NCBI RefSeq assembly: GCF_006345805.1
Contig: NC_042998.1
Location: 162,812,001 to 162,876,000, forward strand
DNA from: Octopus sinensis
Taxonomy: Eukaryota
Direction: 5' to 3'
DNA: 64,000 bases
How positions within the stretch are numbered: the first letter of the stretch is position 1; each line of letters begins with the position of its first letter. Shown piece by piece: positions 52,876 to 64,000 of the stretch. Under the pieces are notes generated by a model. That model saw nothing but the letters and a program-made list of their open reading frames with translations. It ran no database searches and was not told where the DNA came from. The translations under genes and the position numbers were made by a program.

Positions 52876-54296
52876 ACACACACACACACGGGGAACTGAT
52901 ATATGATATATGGGAACGAGTATGCTTATAAAAGCAAAACTGCTTCACAACTACGTGTCTGCATGTTCGATCACACACTATAATGACTATATGCTGATAG
53001 CATGAGTCTTTATCAATGTGTATAATTTGCCATTTGGGTTTCTGTAAGGTTTGTGTTTTTCTGAGGCTCAGTTGCGGGCTGCATCGAAAAATTGATATTT
53101 GATTATCATAATTTAACTTGATAATTCAGTAGTGTTAAGAACTTTTTTAAATGAGTGTTACAATATAACAAAACTATACTTGTATATAAGCCAGTCTTCG
53201 TCGTGGTCAGTATTTATCAATTGTGTGTAGGATATGTAGGTCGAAAAGGTTACATATTCTGTGCTGTCAAGCGACCCCATACTGATGTCAATTTAATTCA
53301 TAAAGGCTGATATTTTAACCAAAGATGAGATATTTATCGAAGAGTAAGTTCATGTATAGAAAAACATTGTATGGCTTGTGATATGCGGCAACATATATAG
53401 CAAAGCACATAATTGTAGCGTCAGTTTTGAATTTATACAATTAATTTAGTCGACAGAGACTATCCACTCACAATCAAACACGTATCGTAGAAGAAATCTT
53501 CTACAAAAATATAACGACGCAATCATACATGTTGGAAAGCGTCTACAAAATGGATATAAAATTATCTACATACTACCGCAGCGTAAAGGCACCCAAATAT
53601 CATACAGCCTTGAATTAACAAAACAGAATTATCTAAATAAGATATTATAGATACGGTATTCATGATAAATGTAATCACACTAATACTTCAAAAGTCATAC
53701 TTCATTCCGATTTTGAAGAAATCATGAAATAAGAGATAATTCCCAAATACCGACACATTGGGAGGTACCTTCTGAAATATTGGAAAATTCTACACTATAA
53801 CACCTTTACTTATAACGTATTATGATTAACGAGTTATGTTATTTTAAATATATTTTATTCGTTATATGTCTTAAGTACTCTTTGGGTAAAGAGCAACAGC
53901 CTATAACACACACACACCACACACACACATACACACACACATACATATATTAGCAACCGAGTGAAAAGTACCCAATGAATAAATGAATTATGTTATATGC
54001 AGTTATTCAAAGCTTTGTATGCCTTACGTCAGTCATCTTAGTTTCGCACTTCCGCTTTCTACAGCGACTGTGTGTATGTTTGTGTGCGCGTGCACGTCTT
54101 TGTATACAGGCACTGGGTGGGTGCATGTATGTATATATATATATATATTATATACACGCACACACACTCACACACACCACACCACGCATATATTTGTACA
54201 CACACACACACACACACACTCAAACACACTTATGCCCTTTTCGAAGCCTGCCTGACAGGTAGTGGCTCCAGCAGAGCGTTTATTTCATAATAATAG

Positions 54297-54376
<80 letters not shown>

Positions 54377-54655
54377 TAAATGACAACGGTAAATGCCAGG
54401 CAAAATCCACTACTCTTTCAAGCCTTTCATTACTTACCTGCTGCATGCTATCCCGTTTCTCCAAACCCACCTTTACTTCACCCTTGCCATACACTCCCCA
54501 CCCACTATCAACCCAACCTTATACCTATACACTCTATATCTCACCTGTCTTCTCCCCACCTTCCGTCGTACCTCTGCTACCACCTCAAGTGGCACCCTCA
54601 AACACAAAACAAATATGTATAAACCCACTCAAGCACACATAATCACGCATATTTT

Positions 54656-54773
<118 letters not shown>

Positions 54774-54874
54774 CGATAGTTAGATAGCTGCACACACATA
54801 CATATATGTATATACACACACTCATACATGTACACTCATGCATACGCATAATGCATACACACACTCACACACAT

Positions 54875-54915
<41 letters not shown>

Positions 54916-55083
54916 GAGATATATGTGTGTATATACATATTTATACACATTTTTGTGTATGCATGAGTGTACATACATGTATGTGTGTATGTATACATAT
55001 GCATGTGTATACATACATATGTATTTATTCATATGTATAAATATGGATATGTATGTATATATATATATATGTATATATATATG

Positions 55084-55116
<33 letters not shown>

Positions 55117-56089
55117 ACACATTTATACACTCACATACAAACCCGTCTCCTCTTTTTTGCGCCCAATCCCACTCCTAATGACATAGCCATGAATGCGTTA
55201 TGGCAAATGTGGAATTCTCACTTTTTCACTCCGGAAATGTGTACGCTACTATCCATCGCTTATGAAAATTGGAATCAAGGGTTTGTATTTAGGCGTGGTG
55301 CAAGGAGGTGGGTGGTTCGCCGTTTACAGTGTGTTTTCTTTTTTGTCTTGTTTATTTTAATTATTTACTTTTTTTATTTTATTTGTATACTTATTTTTGT
55401 TTTCTATAACGTTTTTTTTGTTTTTGATTTTCTCATTCTCTTCTTTATAAGTGTATTTATTGTTGGTTGTTACTACTGTTTTGTCTAAGCTTGTTCTCTT
55501 TCTGTTTTGTTTTTTTAGTTATTCACACTCACACACACACACACACACACACAACACACACACACACACACATATATACACATAGCTGTTGATTTTGTCT
55601 AATTTTATGAGACATCACCCTCCCACTCTCCCCTTCACTCTCTCCCTTTCTTTTTCTCTCTTTCTTCCCTACTTTCCTCCTCCTTTCCTCCCTTCTCTCC
55701 CCCTTTCTATTACGTCCTAATCTTTCCTTCATCTTATTTCTCTCTATCATTTGTAGAATTATGCATTTTGTTTTCTTGTTTTTCTCATTGGTTTCGGATG
55801 GACATGGAGAGTAGTGCTCGTTTATTTATATTTTTATACATAAAATGTACCCCTATTTCCACCTTCACCTTTTTATTTTCTTCATCCTCAGTACTGTCAT
55901 CCAAACATCACCATCACAATGACCATAACAACCCCTACCATTATAACCCTAACCTTGAGTAACTCCATCACTACCATCACCTTTCGATCTTGTCGCTACC
56001 GCCACATCACCCCTAACGATACCCTATGTTGTCTTAAGGCATGGACACACTGGGTGGTTAACGAGGGCACCACGGATCTCACGGCTCCC

Positions 56090-57075
56090 ACAGGTTTCAC
56101 GGGTCTAAGGGTCCAATTCTATGCGTTGCTGTCTATAAGCAAACACTATAATGCTCAGAGCATTCGATGTATCCCTGGCTTGCTGTCAATAAGAAAATAT
56201 TACAGCTCTCAATGCAGTTATTTTTTCGGGGGCCTTTTGAGTCTGGGGGCCCGATTCTGATCTATATATGCAGTGACTTACTGTCAATAAATGATACTAT
56301 AGGGCAGCGCTTCGATTTTACTGGGGCCCTCGGTCTACGTGGCTTGCTGTCAATAAGTAAATACAATATACAATACAGATTTTGCTCGGTGGGCTCATGA
56401 TCTAGGAACCCAATTCTCATCTATGTATGCTGTGGGTTGCTATCAATAAACACTATAGAGCTCAGTGCCTGGATTTTCCCGAGGCCCTCGATCTATACGT
56501 GCTTTGGCTTGCTGTCAATAAGTAAATATTCTTTTCTACTCTACGCACAAGAACTGAAATTTTGGAGGAGAGGGCCAATCGATTAGATCGACGCCAGTAC
56601 GCAACTGGTACTTAATTTACCGACTCCGAAAGGATGAAAGGCAAAGTCGACCTCGGTGAGATTTGAACTCAGAACGTAACGGCAGACGAAATACCGCTGA
56701 GCATTTCGTCCGGCGTGCTAACGTTCCTTATTTCTTTACTACCCACAAGGGGATAAACACAGAGGGAACAAACAAGGATAGATGAACAGATTAAGCCGAT
56801 TACATCGACCCCAGTGCGTAACTGGTGCTTAATTTATCGACCCCGAAAGGATGAAAGGCAAAGTCGACCTCGGCGGAATTTGAACTAAGAACGCAGCGGC
56901 AGACGAAATACCACAAAGCATTTCGCCCGGCGTATTAACGTGTCTGCCGTCTTTTCAATAAGTATATATTACAATACTCAGTGTTATTTGGTCGGAGGCC
57001 TCATGAGTCTAGGGTCCCGATTCTGATCTATGGATGTCGTGGCTTGCTGTCAATAAATAATACTATAGGGCCTAG
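56090..57075. repeat. Degenerate alternating long/short tandem array anchored by GGCTTGCTGTCAATAA
   Basis: Anchor at 56123, 56177, 56275, 56341, 56434, 56506 and 57041. Confidence 0.85.
56531..56954 (-). mobile_element. Dimeric family-1 SINE with 16-bp TSD
   Basis: TSD tcaataagtaaatatt (56515-56530) / tcaataagtatatatt (56955-56970). Confidence 0.9.
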
Positions 57076-57644
57076 TACATTGATATACCTTGGGGAAGGG
57101 TCTAAAACACTACTAAGACGACTTTGCTTCATCACTATCAACATCACAACACCTGAAGCAGTATCAAATCACCACCACCAAATACCTGGTCACTAGACCA
57201 GGTAGTTGCTAAATCACTTTCCAATCGCACTTCTGTCTTTAAACAAAAGTGATGAGAAAATATAGCACACCTACACAACATGCCCTCCACCCCACCGCAG
57301 ACTGTCAGAAAAACGAGTATTTTTAAATGAGGTTTTCCACAAATACTTTCCAAATGGTATAGATTCCGATTATATCTGAATTTTTCGTGAAAAAATTTTC
57401 CAATGCTGGGAAGAAAAGTTTCGGATAATTCACAAGAATCGACTTTGTTTCCTCATAACTTTCAGGAAAAGGGTATCTTTGAAGGAGATTTTCTACAAAT
57501 AACTTTTAGGTGGTGTAGATTGCGATAGAATCTGAATATATTGTAAAGAAAAGAAAAGAAATTGGCGGATGCGTGCACACACTTACTTTCATGTATCACC
57601 TAATTTTTCAAAATTTCAAAATTCCTTTTGTAAATATATATGCG

Positions 57645-58120
57645 CATGCATAGCTGTGTGGTAAGAAGTTTGTGTGTAGAACAATGAACAATGCACCTAG
57701 GTCGGCAGCATTCAAAGAATGTCGGATCACTGACTGTCGAAAGAAAGCATCCATAAGAAGCTCCGAGAAGCGACACAAGAATAATATTAAACGAACATTC
57801 AGTCCCACAGCACCTAGGGTAAGTGTCTTCTATTATAGCCTCGGACCGACTAAAACCTTGCGAGTGGATTTGATTGCCGGAATCTAAAAGAAGCCCGTCG
57901 TGTGTGTCTTTGTGTATGTCTTTGTCCCCCGTTACCGCTTGACAACCGGTGTTGGTGTTTCTACGTCACCGTATCGTCTTAGCGGCTCGGCAAAAGAGAC
58001 CGAGAGAATAAGTACTAGGCTTTACAAAAAGATAAGTGCTAGGGTCGATAATTTCGACCAAAAATTCTTCAAGGCGGTGCCCCAGCATGGCTGCAGTCTA
58101 ATGACTGAAACAAGTAAATG
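57645..58120 (+). mobile_element. Family-3 SINE with a 129-bp foreign insertion (57671-57799)
   Basis: Head gctgtgtggtaagaagtttg resumes as ttcagtcccac after the insert. Confidence 0.85.
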
Positions 58121-58129
58121 ATAGAAGAT

Positions 58130-59530
58130 ATTACAGATCAGTCACAGTCGACTAGACCTGTCCTCAAAGATACCCTTGCCGCAACCATACCTGTATTGAT
58201 TTCAGACATAAAGAACCCCTTCAGTTATGAATGGCCAAGGGAGTGCACCTAGAAAGTTCCCTTCCGAGGCACAGGTCCGGGCAAGGTTGTTCATAGATGA
58301 CCAACAGTCGCTCATGCATACTAGCTTCCTCTCTCCACGCCTTTGATGTTATTCAAGGAAAAGGCAAAGGCCGATGTAGCTTGGCACCAGTGATTCATTT
58401 CTACAGCTAAGTGAACTGGAACAACATGAAATAAAGTATCTTGCCCAAGAACACAACACACAGCTCAGTCTGGGAACCGAAATCACAACGTTATTATTGA
58501 GAGCCCAACGCTCTAACCACTGAGCCATAACGCGGCTAGCTGATAGAACCGTTAGCGCACCGTACAAAATGCTTAGCGGCATTTACTTTGAGCACTGAAG
58601 TTGACTTTGCTTTTCCTCCTTTCGAGGTCGATAAAATAAGTATCAATCGAATACTGGGGTCGATGTTATCGACAAGCCCTCCTCTCACCAAATTTCAAGC
58701 ATTGTGCCTATAATAGAAAGGATTATTCGATATGTCTTTAAAGGCAGCGAACTGGCAGAATAGTTCTCCCGCTTAGCGGCATTTCTTCAAGTTTCTAAGA
58801 TCTAATTCTACTGAAATTGACTTTGTCTTTCATCTTTCCGGGGTCGATAAAATAAGCACCAGTCAAGCACTGGGATCGATTTATTCGCCTGTCCGCCTCA
58901 TACCAAATTTCAGGCCATATGTCTAAAGAAGAAACGATTATCCAATATTTAAGGCGCAGAGCTGGCAGAATCCTTGGCACACCGTACAAAATGCTTAGTG
59001 GCATTTGCTGCTTCTGAAAGAAGGGTATAAACTTATTGGAGTGAAGGGTAGCAGTTCTGTGTAGGTTATATACACAATGCAGGCCGTGGTTATGTAGTAA
59101 GAAGTTCGCTTCCCAACCCCATGTTTTCAGGTTTAGTCCCACTGTGTGGCACCTTGGGCAAGTGCCTTCAACTATAGCCTCGGGCCGACCAGAGCCTTGT
59201 GAGTGGATTTGGAAGACGGAAGCTGAAAGAAGCTCGTCGTATGTATGTATGTATGTATGTATGTATGTATGTATGTATGTATGTATGTATGTATGTATGT
59301 GTGCCTTTGAGTCTGTCCGCCCGCCCCCACCATCACTTGACAACCGATGTTGGTGTATTTCTGTCTCCGTCACTTAGCGATTCGGCAAAAGAGACCGATA
59401 GAATAAGTACTAGGCTTACAAAGAATAACTACTGGAATCGATTTCTCCGATTAATAAACCCCTTTAAGGCAGTTCTCCAGCATGGCCGCAGTCAAATAGC
59501 TGAAAGAAATAAAAGAATAAAGGAATAAAA
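58130..59530. mobile_element. SINE cluster: family 2 (58130-58525, -), family 1 (58525-59030, +), family 3 with internal (TATG)n (59085-59530, +)
   Basis: Family heads, cores and tails. Confidence 0.8.
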
Positions 59531-60243
59531 GAACGCCTATGCGTAATTCCAGAACAGAGTTGAGTAGAGGCTGAGTAGAGGTGGAGTATAAGTTGAGTGG
59601 AAGCTTTTTGTCATCATCTCTAACAATACTTAATGTCTGTAAGTGTGCCTTAAAACAAACGAACGAATTAGAAGGTATAGGGAAGGGGCGTCTGTCTATG
59701 CGGGGGCGGCGACGGTGGTAGTGGTGGCGGCGGCTGCGACGACGATAATGGTGGTGGTGGTGGTGGTGGTGGTGGTGGTGGTGGTGGTGGTGGTGGTTGG
59801 TGGTGGTGGTGGTGGTGGTGGAGGTGGAGTGGGGGTTAAGATTGGCGGTTGCGGTGATAAAAGTGTGAGAGATTTGGAGAAAAAGAAATAGGAAGTGTAC
59901 CTGGAAAAGACAGAAGGGAGGGAGGAAGTGCGGGAGGATGGAGAAAGGGGTGGGGGTTAAATAAGACAATAAAGAGGAAAGGAAGGAAATGAGAAAAAAA
60001 AGAGAAAGAAAAAGACAGACAGAAGATAATGGCAGAAGACAAATAGTGGTACTGTGCACACATACTCACAGACACATATATGCGCACACACACATTAACT
60101 CTGGTACAAACACACACACACGCACACGTATATACACATTCATATATACATACTTCACACACACTCACAAACACAGAGGGACACAGACACACTCACGCCC
60201 CCACACACATATTTACATACATATATTCACACAGACACATTTT

Positions 60244-60331
<88 letters not shown>

Positions 60332-60459
60332 CATGTACACAAACGTATACAAAGAAAAATAGAGAAGGAGGGGGAGATAAAGAAAAAGAGACATTGAAAT
60401 TGCGTGAAGCGCAAAGTTTTGAAGAACACATGTGGCGCTGGAAGTATAAATGACAGAAC

Positions 60460-60491
<32 letters not shown>

Positions 60492-61019
60492 TAACTAGTG
60501 TGTGCATATGCATGTGGAGGGGTCTGGGGAGGCACGTGTATGATACAGTCATTAAAATATAGTTGTTTATTTTAGTGAGATACCATAAGTATTTAACAAT
60601 GTGACCCACACCCCCTACTACGATAGCGTCATGATACAAAAGACAATGAGACATTTTGTGAAGATCTTTTAACACCGTGCTGAAATTCTTCAAAAGAAAC
60701 GGTTGTATGTGAGTGGGGTAATCTTCAAGAACAATACCTACCTAACTAAGACACTATTATTTTTGGTAAAACTACAAATATAAAAATTCAGTGAAGGCTC
60801 GCACACATACACACACACGCACATGCACACACACGCACACACACATTTTTATATCTATATACATACATATGTGTGTGTGTATGTGAGTGTGTATGCATAT
60901 ATATATGTGTGTGTGTATGCACATATATATATGTGTGTGTGTGTGTATGCATATATATGCGTGAATGTTTATACATATGTGTGTGCGTGCATACATACAT
61001 ACATACATACATACATACA

Positions 61020-61050
<31 letters not shown>

Positions 61051-61872
61051 GCTCACATACATACACAAAACCTCTGTGCATAAAGACAGATACTCATGCA
61101 TGAGTACAGTATGTGTGTAGAACAATGAACAATGCGCCTAAGTCGGCAGCATTCAAAGAATGTCGGATCACTGACTGTCGAAAGAAGGCATCCATAAGAA
61201 GCTCCGAGAAGCGACACAAGAATAATATTAAACGAACATTTAAAATCTGTAATATTCATGTTTGTGGGCAGTTGAAATATTTGACTATTCGCTCTGAAGA
61301 AGAAAAAGCTAGGTTGGGCAGAATTTCTTTGTATGTGAACTAAAACAAGCAGGATGGAAGAAAGATACTTTAATAGAGGAGAGCAGACCAACAGTGAAGA
61401 TACTTGGACACAGTTGCTCCATATTCCTCATGTTTTCGTTCAAAAGTAGGATTTTTCAGTTCAAAAGTAGGATTACACAGACATTTTATACATTACAACT
61501 TATAAATCACGTCTTGATAAATTTTATAGAATCAAATTCTAGACACTAGTAGATGCTAGTGACACACACACGCACACACATATGCGCGCGCATACATTCA
61601 CACTTGTATAATTTTAATTGAGGAAAAGGGAAAGACAAACCAATGTTACGTTCGTTTCGATGAACAAAAGTCATTTACTTCATACTCCATACAAAATGAT
61701 ACAATTTTATGTAATCACTTCGTCAGACATTAGAATTAGATTCACGATCAACTTATAAATATACTCACAACTAATCATTATGTGGTTAATCAAAAGGTGT
61801 AACCTTTACACCGTTATTCGAACACTTTGCTAGTCAGTTCCTGCAATGAGGTGCTGCTAAGATGATCAAAGG

Positions 61873-62230
61873 GTACATTAGGCACATGCATCACAACCAT
61901 ACGTGCGCGACGTGGTGATCTCATATCAAGATAAACAGCGCATGACCTTGCAGGTGGGGCCCAGTTAGAATTTTCTTCTGGTCGAGTAACCCATCCCGTT
62001 CAAAAGGTCCTTGAATAAGGATTGTTTAAGGATGTTGAACGAACCACCACCCATGTTTCCAAAGGTGAATTATCCAAACCTCCAAGAATTCCTTTCAACA
62101 CACGGCTATGATACTCCCTTACTACTTCTGCTCATGATCAGAGATGCACATATCGTCAGCCACTAAGGTCAAACAACTGACAAGAAAATCTGTGGTATTG
62201 AGTAGAATATTTGCTGTAGCCCATCTTTTA
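61873..62230 (-). mobile_element. Partial copy of the (AAT)n-embedded retroposon
   Basis: Colinear with 62312-62866; ~21-nt deletion between taagg microhomologies. Confidence 0.8.
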
Positions 62231-62310
<80 letters not shown>

Positions 62311-62311
62311 T

Positions 62312-62866
62312 GAGTGAGAGAGCAGTGCATGCCATCAAAGTGGCACTGGGGTAAAATATACGAAGCCCAGTATACCCATCATGACTACCCGTCTGATAAA
62401 GGTACACCAGGCACATGCATCACAACCATATGTGCGCGACATGGTGATTTCATATGAAGATAAACAGCACATGACCTTACAGGTGGGGCCCAGTTAAAAT
62501 TTTCTTCTGGTCGAGTAACCCATCCCGCTCAAAAGGTCCTTGAATAAGGGTTGTTTAAGGATGTTGAACGAAACACCTATGTTTCCAGAAGTGAATTATT
62601 CAAACTCCATAGAATCCCTCTCAACACATGGCTATGATGCTCCCCCACTACTTCCGCTCGTGATCAGAGATGCACATATTGTCAGCCACTAAAGGACATG
62701 CTCAACTGGTTAAGGTCAAACAACTGACAAGCAAATCTGTGGTATTGAGCAGAATATTTGCTGTAGCCCATCTTTTATACCAAGACAAAACAATGTACAT
62801 GATAACACTTCCAATCAGTTAAGATCAGAAGCCATGAGAGCCACTGCCTGGTACTGCATCAGGGCA
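62312..62866 (-). mobile_element. (AAT)n-embedded non-coding retroposon, longest copy (~555 bp)
   Basis: (TTA)n flush at both ends; other copies at 3476-3600, 15098, 61873, 63176 (tip only) and 63623 to the window end. Confidence 0.85.
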
Positions 62867-62876
62867 TTTATTATTA

Positions 62877-62931
<55 letters not shown>

Positions 62932-63133
62932 TATCATTATTATTTTAGCAGAATAGTTAGCACGCTGGGCAAAATGCTTCGTGGCACTCACATTCTGAGT
63001 TCAAATTCCACAGAGGGCGACTTTGTCTTTCATCCTTTCGGGATGAAATGTGTACTAGTGGGAAACTGGGGGGTGATGTAATCCACCTGTCCCTTCACCC
63101 CAAATTACAGGCCTTGTACCTATAGTAGAAAGG

Positions 63134-63175
<42 letters not shown>

Positions 63176-63622
63176 GAATGAGAGAGCAGCGCTTGCCAAC
63201 AAAGTGATGAGGTATTGATGACCTTGTGTGTTTGTTCTCTGTTCGTCTGTGCCTTCAGTGCATTTAGTATGTCTTTCCGTCCGTTTGCTTATTACTATAC
63301 GTGTCTGACTTCTGAACATATATATAATATAGTAGTATGTATATCATATATAAAATAGAAACATAGCTGAAAGCCTAATTAGCTACAGTTTTCATCCCGA
63401 AAAGCCATCTCGTGCAGAAATATATCTGTAATATATAAAAAAAATAAATTGTTAAAAACGCTTTACGTCTATGAGAGATACTTTCTCGGGACATATTCCG
63501 CTGTTAATTAGGATACAATAATGTATCTACGATGCACAAATTACTAGTTTAATACAGATTTTGTCGCATATAACAAACATATGATTATTATTACTGTTCT
63601 TGTTGTTATTTTTGTTATTATT

Positions 63623-64000
63623 GTGTGAGAGAGAAAAATGCATGCCATCCAAAGTGACACTAGGGTACAAATAAACGAAGCCCGGTATACCCATCATGAC
63701 TATTCGTTTGATAAGAGTGCATTAGGCACACAACCATATGTGCGCGACATAGTGATCTCATATCAACTTAAACAACGCATGACCTTACAGGTGGGGCCCA
63801 GTTAGAATTTTCTTCGGATCAGGTAGCCCATCCCACTCAAAAGGTTTCCGAATAAGGTTCGTTTAAGGATAATGAACGAAACACCCATATCTCCAAAGGT
63901 AAATTATTAAAACCCTAAAAAATTCCTCTCAACACATGGCTATAATGCTCTCCTGCTACTTCTGCTCGTGTTCAAAGATGTACAAGTCGTCAACCACTAA
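63623..64000 (-). mobile_element. Older copy of the (AAT)n-embedded retroposon (runs off window)
   Basis: catgccatccaaagtgacactagggtac...ccatatgtgcgcgacat...tcaacacatggctat. Confidence 0.8.

Noticed and set aside
53300-53650. Protein-like + frame with a 66-codon open stretch
   Set aside because: Three upstream stops and no assignable motif; length is compatible with chance.
56090-57075. CRISPR array interpretation
   Set aside because: Eukaryotic context, homologous alternating spacers of 40-80 bp and no cas genes.
62815-62866. U2 snRNA-like words (taagatca, cctggtactgca)
   Set aside because: Matches are too short and not colinear over U2's length.

Overview
AT-rich eukaryotic, non-genic-looking DNA dominated by microsatellites and retroposons. 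The SINE families and repeat density suggest an Octopus-like cephalopod (inference). No complete host gene, rRNA, true tRNA or CRISPR array can be supported. Identifiable content: a full-length decayed mariner (D,D34D) with TIRs; a 1.75-kb non-autonomous Helitron apparently carrying an L1/Tx1 ORF1-like fragment; two hAT MITEs; an L1/Tx1 3' fragment (zf-RVT); R4/Dong-type RLE retroposon fragments embedded in (AAT)n; a ~555-bp (AAT)n-embedded non-coding retroposon; and dozens of tRNA-derived SINEs of three families. Most notable observations: a Penelope-type minimal hammerhead ribozyme relic nested inside a SINE; a possible microsatellite-targeted retroposon partnership; a dimeric SINE that moved as a unit (TSDs); a 129-bp templated insertion copied from 3.4 kb away; and an alternating long/short tandem array anchored by a conserved 16-mer. 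A few weak exon candidates are flagged. Most ORF-track entries are microsatellite artefacts. Repeat boundaries were read by eye and are approximate.
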